Position numbers and translations under genes: made by a program. The notes below the pieces were generated by a model. The model was not told the DNA's origin. It saw only the letters and a list, made by a program, of their open reading frames with translations, and did no database searches. From Eledone cirrhosa (taxonomy: Eukaryota), in assembly GCA_964016885.1 (NCBI GenBank), contig OZ024744.1:32550001-32614000 (forward strand): 64,000 nucleotides of DNA. The letters run 5' to 3'. This document shows positions 13,005 through 25,500 of this stretch, one piece after another (the stretch's first letter is position 1; every line of letters starts with the position of its first letter).

Positions 13005-15481
13005 CGCAGGGACAGGAAATACTTGGGTTGGCGTCCAGGCGCGCAGATAGCCCGCTGGGAGTGAGTTACCCACTTAACTGTTGTCACAACACTTCTCTAG
13101 GAGAGGGAAACGCCGAATAAACACCTGCGGTGTTGAGGGCACCAGATGATGGCTAGTTCTTCTTTTCGGCACATGCACTCCATGCTCAGAGAATGGGATT
13201 AGTTCGGTGCAAAACTTTTCTTCACTTTAAAAGATTTCAAGCACAGGCATCGCCTGATTGATTTGAACAAATAAGTTGCTGCATTGTGGTTGGCCGTAGC
13301 CAAAAAATAAAAACATATTCAATGATGAACCATGATAATGTACTAAATAATGGTAATGGTGGCTCTGGAAGTGATGGTGAAAGGGTCTGGACTGGCGGGT
13401 GTCCCATGGCACTGCAGCATGGGCCCGATCGTCATCCTGCCACTGTGAAGAAGAAGTTGTAACCTATGAATATCGGTTGCTGCAACCTCCGGACCTTATT
13501 AGATTTGATGTCTTCAGAATCACGATCAGAAAGAAGATCAGGTCTTGTTGCCAAAGAGCTGAGATGATACAATATGGGCATTGTTGCCTTATCTGAAACA
13601 AGGTAAGTTGAAGAAGGTCATTTCACTGAGATGTCCAGTGGCAATACATTTTACTGGAGTGGCAGAGCAGTAGGATGCAAAAGGGAAGCAGGTGTGGCTT
13701 TTGTAGTGAAAACGTCTTTGGTGTCGACACTTGACCAGTTTCCAAATGGCATCAGTGATCGTTTCATGTCAATGAGAATTCCTCTGATGTACAGTCGCTA
13801 CCTTACGACTGTCAGTGACTATGCCCCGACAATGAACTCCAATGAAGACGGGAAACTCACCTTTTACAGGTCTTTGTAGGAACTTGTCAAAAAGATGAGT
13901 GTCCCACAAGATTGGAAGGATGCGCTCATGGTGATTCTCCATAAAGGAAAGGGTGGGAAAGACAAATATGGCAATTATTGTGGAATATCACTTCTTTCAG
14001 TAATTGGTAAAGTCATGTGTCGAACTTTGATGGATAGATTGATCTCATGGGTTGCTCTGAATGTGCTGACAGTGTGAGTCACAGTGTGGGTTCAGAAACG
14101 AAAGAGGAACAATGGATCTTTTTTGATCGGCAGCTGCAATAAAAGTGCATCGAACAATGTATGGACCTTTACCAGGTCTTTGTTGATTTGACAAAAGCCT
14201 TTAACACCGTTTCTCATGGCATTCCGGAAAAGCTGCTCGCATGGAGTTTACATCAAGTAACTTCAGGAAGGTTGTTCAATATCAGGCACTTTGGTGTAAA
14301 CACGAAGGTATTAATATCTATAATCCGAGAGTTTTTATATGCAAATGTCTGCGATCTTTTTGCACACTCACAAAGTGACATGCAGCACATTATGAACTCT
14401 TTTTCTGAAGCATGCCACACTTTGGGCCTCACAATAAAATTGGAAAAGACTGTACCTGCAAGTGTGTACGTGTACGGAAAGAGGCTAAAAGTTGCTGACG
14501 CGTTTATTTATTTTGGTAGCACGTTGAACAATTCATGCACACTTGATAATGAAATATCCTTAAGTATCAAGAAATCCAGTGATGCTTTTGGACGGCTGCA
14601 TGAACGTTTATGGTCCCGACGAGGTATCACTTTCAAAACCAAGGTAAAAGTATATCTGACTTGTCCTCTCCTCTTTGCTTTATGCTTGTGAAGCGTGGGT
14701 CACATACAGAAAGCACCTCAAGGAACTGGAGAGATTTCACCAACAATCTCTTTGTAAGTTACTTGGGGTGGAATGGAAAATGTTCATCAGTGATTTGGAA
14801 GTTCTAAAACGGAGCAGGTGCGTGACTATAAACAGCATGATCGTTTGGCATCGGTTGAGGTGGTGCTATTCCAAAGCAACTTCTCTACGGAGAACTGTGT
14901 GAAGAAAGACGACCACCACACAAACCAAAAATGCAGTACTGGGACTGTGTCAGGGGCACCATGGCTTGTCCTGGAATATCATCTGACGAATGGGAGAAAA
15001 TGGCTGAGGAGCGACTGAAGTGGAGACGTTTGATCAAGTCAGGTAGTGAACAGTTTGAAACTCGTCGGAGAGAACATCTAACACTGAAAAGGAAGGCGAG
15101 GAAAAGAGACTGTTCTGAACTGCCTGCTGTTGAGCATCATCTGGTTTGCCAGCACTGTGGTCGAGTCTGCTTAAACAAAACTGGTTTGATTAGACACGAA
15201 CAAAGTCATATCAGTAGACTTCATGTAGATTATGATCTGAAAAGGTGTAAGGAATGTGGCAAGGAGTGTGGTAGCATGGGAGGTCTTAAAAGACAGATAA
15301 CACAGTCAGAACCAAGCAGTGGAAAAGTCAGAATAGTCTACAGTTGCCATGTATATGCCTGAGAGTGCAAGTCTTTGGCTGGTTTAAAGAGAAACACTCG
15401 TGTCTCATATTTTTTAGCATTTGGGCGATGGCAATGCTCGAATACGAGTTTGCAGCCATCATGCGTATGTATGTATGTATG
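13005..15481 (+). mobile_element. Decayed RTE (BovB-like) LINE with internal deletions: 5' UTR, APE, RT, C-terminal C2H2 fingers, (TATG)n tail
   Basis: APE motifs ALSET, YTFYWSG-like, GVAFVV, YAPT. RT motifs PQDWKDA..LHKGKG..NY.GISLLS..GK and FVDLTKAF. Fingers CQHC..H..H, CKEC, CHVY..KSLAGL. Confidence 0.88.
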
Positions 15482-18400
15482 TTCTTCTGGTTTTATAATT
15501 TCACAAATTTTTTCCAATAGAGAGAGAGAGTCGGTTTCTAACATAGATACAAGACTCTCTCATTGGAATTTACACAACATCAACTAGGTAGGTATGTATG
15601 TATGTCTGCATGTGTATATATGAATGTTATTGTATGTGTGGATGTGTATGTTTTGAGTTGTATGTGTGCATGTGTATATGCATTTATTAGATGCCGAATT
15701 CTTTTGAATGTTTTACATATTTTTACTGTTCCATTAATGGATTGTACTTGTAATTTCCTAACTAGCTGTGTTCTTTCTGTTCCTGTGAAGCCTAGCTTCT
15801 CAAGATTTGTATTGAGGCAGTTACTAACATATCCCAGTGCCCAATAATCATAGGCATAAATCTGAAGGTGTAATCAGGGTGGAGTATCTGCAGATTTCTC
15901 ATCAGTTCTGCATAAATATTCTCCTTTTCACTAATCTTTGATATTATATTGGCATCTGCTGGGTAGCAGATTTCCACTACTGCGCATGTTTTCTTCTCCC
16001 TGTCCCATATCATAATATCTGGTCTGTTATGCCTGCATTTTATTGGGGTTTTTACTGGAACATTCCACCAGTACTCTTTCATATTATGTATATGTATGTC
16101 TTCCACATTGCTGTAGCTTTTAATGTGTTTATTATAGGGGCTATCTTTTCTACGGATTGCATTGTACAGTGTTTTGGCCACTAAATCATCCCTCATAGGT
16201 AGATAGTATCTTTGGACAGCTGCTTATGACATGGGTGACATCTTCGATGTTAATTCTTCTTCAGAGTCTGAACATGTTATCACATCCAGGTGTTTTGCCT
16301 GCATCCCTATCTTTTTTGTGAATCAGGTATTTCGTATTGATTTCCTGTTCTTGGATTGCAAAAGCATATCCTTCAAAGTGGGAGCCAATATAGCGGTTGT
16401 TGGTCCAAGATAGACTACTTTCCTTATCTATATTACTCTCACTCTGGAGCTTCCTGGAAACATATCCATGCATGATTTTTTGCTGATAAGCATGCAGTTT
16501 TTCATCCATGGAATCACTGCGTTACTGCTGTGAGTTTTTGATTATCACACAGGGAATACCTCTCGAGGAGTTCCTTCCCAACTCTCCTGATCTTATCTGC
16601 TTCATGCAGATATACTTGATCGAGAGACGGGCTCCTACGCTTCGAGGATCGTAGATGTTGTCGGAGAGATATGATGCGACATTCAAATGCTGTCTGGACT
16701 GATGTTAGGCCTCTGCCTCCCTGCTTACGTTTCAAGTAAAGGCGGTCTATGTCACTGTTGATGTGGAAGTTTCCGGTGTTGTTTAGTATTTTTCGAGTTC
16801 TAACATCAACTGCTCGGATTTCGTCTATCGTCCAATTGAGTATTCCAAACGTTGGTGATAGGACAGGCACAGCAAACACATTGTGAGCCACTGTGAGCCA
16901 CTGTTTTGTTGTGCGCAGAGAGTTCCGATGACCAGATCTTTCTTAATTGGGTGTAGTATTCCCTGGTTACGCGTTCCTTATTACAGATACCATTATAGGA
17001 TATGTTCTCATCTACCCCCAGGTATCTGTAGCAGTCCTCATCAGATATCGGTGAAACAGTTAGACCATTGATGACAATGTTGCTAGATTGGGTTGTTGTT
17101 TTCCCCGCTTTACAGTCATATATGAGCATTTATCTTGGCCAACCTCCATTCCTATATCCTTTGAGAATATTGTAAACACGTCAATATTTTTCTTCGTCCC
17201 ATCCATGTTCTTGGCATAGAGTTTCAGATCATCCAAGAAATGATGGGTTAGGTTCGTATTTCTGTCCTCCTGTGAGCTAATGATGTATCCTTCACATTTC
17301 TTGAGCAGAAAGGACAAGGGGTTTAATGACAGGATGAATACTATCACAGAGAGACTGTCTTCCTGAAATATACCCCTGTGATATTTTTATTTTATCAGTG
17401 AAAATAGAATCCTCCTTCTCTGTTTTTAACCTTAGGATAGTAGCCCAAGAAGAAGACAGCTTCTCTATGGCTCTGATAATAATGTCTGGGACTTTAGCAA
17501 GTCGGAGGGCCTCTATCATCCAAGAGTGGGGAACAGAATCGAAAGCTTTCCTGTAGTCCAGCCAGACTGTAGCCATATTCCTCCTAAGTTGTCGCACCTC
17601 CGACATCGCAGTTTTGTTGATTAGGAGTTGTTCAGCACATCCCCAAAACCCTTTCTTTCCAGCTGCTTGTTCATCTATGATGATGTTATTATTTTCACAG
17701 TAATCTTGGAGGAATGGGTTCATGCAGGCTGTATACATCTTATACATCAGGTTCTGGCATGCAATGGGTCGGTAGTTTTTCACCAGGTGGGCGTCTTTGT
17801 TCTCTGGGACCAGTAATGTTTGTGCTAATGTCAACCATTCTGGTATAAGTGTATCTCCCTTAAGAACTTGTTGGTAGAGGTCGGTAAGATACCTCCGATA
17901 GAATATTAGTTTTTTGTACCAGTAGCCGACAATCATGTCTCTTCATGTGTTTTCTTATCTTGGAGTTTTCCTATCACAGTCTCAAGGGTACCCTCACTTA
18001 TTTCGTTTGTTTTTGTTGTAGTGTAGGAGCAATAGTTCTTTCGGATTTCTCTTAGCCACACTGCATCTTGGTTGAAATTCTTCTTCTCACCCCATATTTT
18101 TCTCCAAAAAGAATCTATGTCTTTCTGGGATGGGGCCTCAGTGACATTATTGTGCCCTTTATATCTCTATAGACTGATGTTTGGTTTCGTCTGAATCATT
18201 TATTAAGCACTTTTCTCTCATCTACCTTCTTCAGGTGTCGGCGCTTTTCGCTAACAGCTCTCAATTCTTGTTTGAGGGTGATCAGCTTATATTGAAGAGT
18301 TCTGGTTCTACTGTTACGAAACATCGTCTCTATTTTATTTTTCACTCTTTATTGGTGAGGAGTGGGTTTTTTATGTTTGTTTGCATGTAAGGAGCATTGT

Positions 18401-18651
18401 CACATATCCTATGGTTTTTCGTAGGTCAGCAATCTTTTTTTATATTTTAGTTATATATGATGGTATTTTTTGTGGTGTTTTGTTCTTGTTAATATCTCTG
18501 CTATCACCAAGATAAAGCTTCACTATCGTTGCTAAGTCATATAAACAGGCGTTGATTTGCCAAAATGTTGGGGTTTTTATCCGTCGTAAATATCCATCCC
18601 ATATTTTGTCAATAACACGTAGTATTTCATTATTTGTTTTTGTATTAAATA
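15482..18651 (-). mobile_element. R4/Dong-like RLE-type non-LTR retrotransposon (5' part cut by Helitron)
   Basis: RT motifs NYRPIAC, EQAAGKKG..GC.EQLLI, WLDYRKAFDSVPH, FLDDLKLYA, GGRGL. Decayed CCHC. RLE motif NRPDIMIWD..K...VE..P......K.Y. Confidence 0.88.
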
Positions 18652-19329
18652 CTAGCAGAGGTACCCGGCCTTGGCCGGTATAACTCTCAATGCAGTAGTC
18701 GTTCCAATGAACTGAAAGTCCTCCGTTAAACACGACTATAGAAGTAACAATTTATAGGTATTGCCCCTAAAGGGGGCCTTTGAACGTTCACTTTGAAATA
18801 TCTCTGTGGCGGTGCTACCAGCAAAGACGAATCCGATGGTAACAATTTAAAGTTGGCGACCCTGAAGAGAGCCTTGGATCATTCACTCTTAAAAGTCCCA
18901 GCGGCAGAGTTGTCAGCAAAGACGACACCGATTAGAAGTCCTTAAGAAGTCCTTCACGCCACTTTGGTGTGTCGTATTTGCTTTGCTTGCTATTTGAGAT
19001 TGTAACCTAGAAAAGCATATAACTGTCGTTGGCCACAAAAACGGCCTTGGCAAGATCACGCTGGAATGTTAAAAAAATGTCTAAGTAAGATGTAGGGAAA
19101 AGTAGATTAATTAGGTTAAAACTACAGAACATCGATAGCAAAGCGTAATAGCAACATATAAATGCGGAAAACGGAGACATTGAACATTTATAACGTATAG
19201 CAAAAGCAACCTCAGAGGTGTACGTGGTATTGTCAACAGGACAAAAATAGCACACGGATACAGAAAATGTAAGCATTTATACAAAAAAAAAAAAAAAATA
19301 CAGCGATTACTTGTTGGCGGATGGGGTGC

Positions 19330-19860
19330 CTACAAAACTTCCTTATAGACTATATTTTGGGTTTTCTCGCGAGTTGCAAAAGCAAATAGGTTATGTCGGC
19401 TCCCCACTCTAGATTAGCCAACATATAGATGACCATGGGAGAAGCACTGTTCTTCTAAATTAAGCCCTACGACCGTCAGCGTCTGACCCTGTGATTTGTT
19501 AATCGACATAGCGAAACTGAGCCGGAGAGGGAATTGCAGCCTTCTGAATGTGAAAGGAATGTCTTTACCGAAATGGGAGGTATCCATGGTATGAAGATAG
19601 TACCCCCCGTTACCACATCCTGTAAGTATTGTTGTCTCAATATCACGAGGCATCGCCTTTTGGAAGACCAGACGCGTGCCGTTGGAGAACCTTCGGGGTT
19701 CCAAATTCCTGAGGAGCATGACAGGGGCATCTTTCTTAAGTCGCAGTAAGTGTCATGGCAATCCGGGAGGGACTAGGGAGTTAAGAAATTCTGTGGGGTA
19801 ATTAACAACTTCGTCCGGATCAGCCATAGAGTCAAGGAACTTGTAGACGTGCAGGTTTCC
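19330..19860 (-). pseudogene. Helitron Pif1-like helicase C-terminal fragment
   Basis: [20 protein letters not shown]...NGTRL, FRRLQFPLRLSFAMSINKSQGQTL..VGL.L...CFSHGHLYV. Confidence 0.9.
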
Positions 19861-19874
19861 AGACAAGCACAGCG

Positions 19875-20288
19875 TAGTCGGAGGAGAGGTCGTAGTTAAA
19901 GGCCTTCAACAACCATCGTGAATTGCAAGTCCTAGAAATGCCACGTAACGATGATCGCCGCTGTTCACTTTGCAGAAGTCGGCCACGTCATTGCACTATG
20001 GTTTCAGTATTTCGTGCAACAGCAGTGGCAGCGGCGTCCCTGCTTCGTCGAACAGTGCGTCGCTCTTCATCCTCTCGAGTTCGAGCAGCAGCATTCGTGG
20101 CAGTATCTTTGTTCCGTCGACGTTCACGCCGACTGTCGTCCTCCTTCGCTCTTGCAGCTGCCATCTGCACAGCATCCTGTTAGAGCCTGATCCCAGTCGC
20201 ATTTACATCTTCGGTGAGACGCCTTCTCTTAGACCTACTTGCATCATTAGATAATCGACCAATGAAAGTTCTTTTCTTGGGGGGGCAT
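19875..20288 (-). pseudogene. Helitron RepHel N-terminal fragment
   Basis: MPPKKR start, R/E/A-rich repeats and AFNYD motif, fused directly to the helicase C-terminus. Confidence 0.7.
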
Positions 20289-21229
20289 TGTTTTTAGAAA
20301 ATTAACCAGGGAGAACGATAAATAGTGGACAAATAACGTTTAAGTAAGGAAATCTAAACACGGATATAAATTGTGAAATAATGTGATAAATATATGTGGT
20401 CTGAGAAAGTGGGTATGTTTTGCAACATTTTGTGTACCAGTCAAATTTCACGTTTTAAGTTAGGGACAACGCAGCGTACGGACTACCTGTGATTAAGGAA
20501 ATTAAAAATTGTGGCTACAATGGTTGGTATAAAAGTGTCAGTATGTTTGTTCAGTTCGAACATAGCAAGTACTAACCATTGAAAGGATACAGACAAAAAT
20601 GGCCGAAAAATCACAGCATGATAAACTGGAACCTTGTGACCATAAACACATTAACTAAACCTCCTTTAAGGTGACAAATATTGAAGAAGCATGCGTTTCA
20701 GAAACATGGGGTAGCTTATAAGAGTACTTATGTAAAAAAATCTACCACTTGTCAAAAGCCAAAAAAGAAGTGTGATCCTCAGTTGGACTTGACGGATATA
20801 AATAGGAGTGATTTTGCTCAATGAACAACACTCGAGTTGTCTGATTGGTTAGATAATACAAATAAATGTGATGAAATCTACTGAACACAACTCACTGATG
20901 TGTGGTTTGCTAGAGGTCGCCTTTTCGCACTTAATTGAGGTGCAATTAAACAGGGGAGACAACCGGGTGCAAAAACTAATCAATCATTCGCACAGTTTAG
21001 GCATGAGTATGAAATAGCACACAATCCACATACAGTAGGCGTTAAAATTTACACCTGGGTTAAATCGCGTTTTCTTGGTTAGGAGTGTGAAATACGCCAA
21101 AGTTCAATGAAAAAAATGTAACTCCTCATTCCGCACTTAATTGTGGTGCAATTACACGGGGGAGACAACCGGGTACAAAATTAAAATCAATCATCCTCAA
21201 GTTAACTAAACAAACTTAAGTGAGGGGGA

Positions 21230-22085
21230 TTTAAACATTCGGTACTCCATTTGTAGGACATGAGTAACCGATGCGTCAACTTTCGTTTAAATTGACTTTT
21301 ATTTCTAGAAGTTGAAATGCTTTGCTGCGATCATAATATGAACTTTAAATGTGGTCCAACGGGTTTCACTGCCCTCCCCAGGGTGTTCCCTTGCAAAATT
21401 CAAGTGATAACGAATGTGTGGTGCTTTATCTTATTGCAGGCAATAACCATTTCGTTTAGTTTTTGTAAGAATCAAGTATAATCTCCCGAGGTTATGGTTC
21501 TTTTTTATTGTGGCTGTTTGAACTTTTATAGGTTAATGAATTGGGCGCATTGTCCCCCAGGGGGTCCTCTTGCTGAATTGAAATGAAAGTAAATGTGCCT
21601 CATTGTATCTTCATCTGTAGTACATGAATAACAACTAAGTAGAAATTCATTTTATGGACTACTAATTATCGAAGCTATGACGCTTTGCTGTATTACAATA
21701 GCCAAATTCAATAAATGATTCGCCGGGGTTTACTGCCCCTGGGGTCCTCTTGCTTCTTCCGGGTATAGACAGTGTCTTCAACATCATCTTTAGGCAATGG
21801 GTAAGAAATGTGTCCGTTTAAGTTAAAATCGAACGTAAACTTCAAAAGTTATCAGATACTAATACAGTGTTAATGTGAACTTCAATAGATAAGTCGAAGG
21901 AGCTTACTACCTCCCACCCCCAGGGGTCCTCTTGATAAGTTCAAGTAAAAGTTCATGTATTCACCTTCCTTTATAAGCCATGGGTAACCAACACGTCTCG
22001 CTTCGTGAAAACCAAACACCAACTCAAGTAGTTATGACGTTTTGTTGCATTGATGATATCAACTTCAACATTCATCAAGTCGGTT
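21230..22085. repeat. Diverged ~180-bp tandem repeats inside the Helitron
   Basis: CCCAGGGGTCCTCTTG-like motif near 21377, 21555, 21736 and 21918. Confidence 0.65.
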
Positions 22086-22573
22086 TATATAAAATAGCCT
22101 ACGACGCGTAATAGGACTTCAGAAACCTATGTATGAAATTTGGTGCAAATCGGTTGTAAAATGTAGAAATGCATGCGGTTACACAGACAGACATCTTCTG
22201 TTTTATATATATAGACTAGCAGAAATCCGCCCACGCGTGGTTTTCTGCTAGTATATATATATATTACACACAGAAATGTATATATATTTCTGTGTGTATA
22301 TATATATATTTCTGTGTGTATATATATATATATTACACACACACAGAAATGTATATATGTTTCTGTAGCACTCCTCAATTCCCCCCTCTCTCCCTCCCGC
22401 TATCCCCCTCTTGTAGACTGTCTCTTTCTTTCACTCTCACTCTCTCTCTACGCGTGCGCAAAAAACATTCGCACGCTCGCACGTGTTTTAGCGTCTATTC
22501 ACTCTCTGGTAGTAGTGGTGGTGGTGGTGGTAGTACCGAAGAAAAACGAGAAAGGTAAACAAAATTTATTCAG

Positions 22574-25500
22574 TTATAGCAGAGAAGGCCCAATCACTGG
22601 GGCCAATTTTGCCATATTCACCCACCTTTCAGTAAATTTACTGTGGTGCTGTGCCTCTCTCTCCACTCTAATTCTCCTTCTAAAGTGATACTTAAAGAAG
22701 GGAATCAATTGTTATCCGGAGAGAAAGGCATCTCTCGTCAGTCCTCTCAATCTCGTCCACCATATAACTTCTTTCACCATAGACACTGTACAGAGGAAAA
22801 TCGCCTCTCTTTCGTTTTTGAGAGAGGCTGGCGGTTTGATCCTTACTATGGACTCGGCAGTCAACTGTATTTGTCCCATACGCGACAGAAGTTGTTCTGC
22901 ATAGTTCCACAGGTCGTTTACGCCCGGGCAGTGTACAATTGCGTGCAGAACTGCGCGCATCTTGGACACTTCCTCTTGGAAGGATCCCTGCCGAGGCGTC
23001 AGTGCCTGTAGATCTTGTCACGAATCGGTAGAGCTCCTCGGTAGCACTGCCAGGCCAGGGACCTCTGGAAGTTGTCCATAGGTCCCGGCGGAAAGTCCTA
23101 CCAAACAGACTGGTCAGCTCATTGTCTTCGACGCCCAGAGTCTCTCCGAGCATGTCGTCGCCCTTGTAACGTACAATGCCTCTATAGAATGTCGAAGTGG
23201 AGTCTCCACTGATTACTGTGCCCGCTTGCCAGAGGTCTGTGAGCGCCTGAGCGCATTCAATGTGCCAGGAGCCCATCATTTTCGGTCTTTTCTTGACCCA
23301 GGTCTGCAGCTCCGTCAGCGAGACGAGCTGCCGGAAAGCCTGTCTCACAAACGGTACCCACACCGGTTGGGGGTCGGTGAGGAATACCTGGAGATGCCGC
23401 AGCCTCAGCGCATGCTTGCGCATCATCAGCCACGGCATGCCCAGCCCTCCGTTGGAAGGGTGCTGAAAGCAGGCGGATCTCCTCACCAGCGGAGCCTGCT
23501 TCTTCCACAGAAACTGGAAGAGCATACATTCCATCTTGGCGAGGTGTTCATGGGGGACAAGGCACGACAGTCAAGCAATAGTAGATGACGGACGCTATGA
23601 AAGTGTTCGCCAACTCCGCTCGACGTTTCAAGGACAGTTTGAACTCTGCCCACTTCTGGGTGAGCGCAAACACCTTGGCCGTGACCTCGTTCCAGCTTTT
23701 GTACACCTGGAGGTCTGGACCGAACCAGACCTCGAGCAATTTCACCGTCTAGCGTCCAACGACGCTGTCGGACGTCATCGGTTTGCCTCTCCACGTACCA
23801 AGTTGCAAACCGACAGACTTGTCCGGGTTTAGTTTTGCTCCCATAAGCATTTCGTATTCTTTCAGTAAGTTGCCGATCACCCCGATTTCCGAGGTGCTCG
23901 ACACCATTACAGTCACGTTTTCGGCATAAGCCGACGCCTCTTTGCGCAGTCCCGGTTCTAGAGGGATGCCCTGCAACAGTTCAAATTTCCGCAGTAGTGG
24001 CTCTAGAGTCAATACATACAGAATAGAGGAGAGAGGGCACCCCTCTCGAATGGAACGTGTGATTGCGAACGGCTCCGATAGGTAGCCATTCACCTTGAAC
24101 CTCGAGCAGATGCTAGTGTACATCGCCTCGATCCAGCCTGTGAAAACGGGACCGAAATCGGCCGCATTGAGAATCCCTTCCAAGTATCGATGGTTGACCC
24201 TATCAAATGCCTTAGACTGATCCAAATTGATCAGAGCCCCACCGAAGCCGGGTTTACTACCTACTCTCTCTATGATGTATCGCATGAGGTGGAGATTGTC
24301 GTGTATGGACCTGGTGGAGATTGCACACGTTTGCGCTTTCCCTACCAGGTTCTCGACGACAAGCGCCAACCTCGTTGCTATCACCTTGGCCAAAATCTTT
24401 AACTCTGTGTTGAGCATAGTTATGGGCCGAATTTGTTAATTTCGTCCCCCTTGTTCTCGTCTTTCCTGATCAGCGTTACTACGCCCTTGCCTGCAGAACT
24501 GGGATTTCTCCCGTTCTGCTGCCAATTGCAGTAGACCGCTTCGAGGACGCCAGAGAACAAGTCCGCCATGCCTATGTAAAACTCATAGGGTAGACCATCT
24601 AGACCGGGTGACTTGCGTTTCCAGCAGCGGCCCAGAGCGTTCCGTATCTCAATATCCGTGATCGGCCTTTCGCAGAACTCGGCGTCCGTGTTCGAGAGAC
24701 GCGGCAGGCCATCGAGGTATGAACTAAAGTCCATTGCCCCGTTCGGCTCACCATCGTTCTGCTCAAACAGTCGCGCAAATTGCTGCTGAAAGACCGCGCA
24801 CATTTGCTTGGAGTCAAGTAGCACGAGTCCGTTTTGGTGTTTCAAAGACCGTATCGTGGACTTGTTACCAATTTTTGCCTCCGCCACTCGAGCCCAGCAG
24901 ACAGCTTTCGCTCCTTCGTTTCCTAGAGCACGTGTTTTGCTTCTGACCACGCAGCCTTCGTGTTTCAATCGAAAAGCTGGACCAGTGCCGTTCTCGACGC
25001 TAACACTCTAGTCGCGTTGCCACTTCTAAGTGTCTCCTCTACCTTGGCTACTAGTTCTCTTTCTATTCTGTTTTTGTCTAATGCCAACTCTCTGCTATAC
25101 CCTATCGATTCTATTCTAATTGCTTTCTTGAGAGAGTACCACCATCTATTGTTGACGATGGCTCCCGTTAACTGTTGCTTGACTAGTCTACTTATCCATT
25201 CACTGTTAGCTTTACGGGCCAGCAACGACACGTTCAGCTTCCAGTGTCCGGGTCCCTGTCTATGTGTTCTATCACGGTTGACTAAGCAGACGACTAATTT
25301 GAGATCTGAATAGACAACCATGTGCATTCGTGGACAGCTTAACATCTCCTTGTCCCTCTCTCTAATGAAGAACCTATCTAAATACGATCTAGATGTCCCG
25401 CTGCGGTTTGCCCACGTCCAATGTGGTGCAGTCGGGAAATCCAGTCGATACTTATCGGCCAGTTGCAATTGGCCGATTAATGTTTTGAGGCTGTTGCACC

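Larger units (their letters stand above)
18652..22215 (-). mobile_element. Non-autonomous, internally deleted Helitron with both termini
   Basis: 5' TCTATATATATAAAA at 22215. 3' hairpin TACCGGCC-AA-GGCCGGGTA plus CTAG|T at 18652. RepHel N-terminal and Pif1 C-terminal remnants inside. Confidence 0.88.

Noticed and set aside
18440-18733. 97-aa ORF spanning 18651
   Set aside because: Chimeric across the Helitron/LINE boundary. Only the downstream part is LINE protein.
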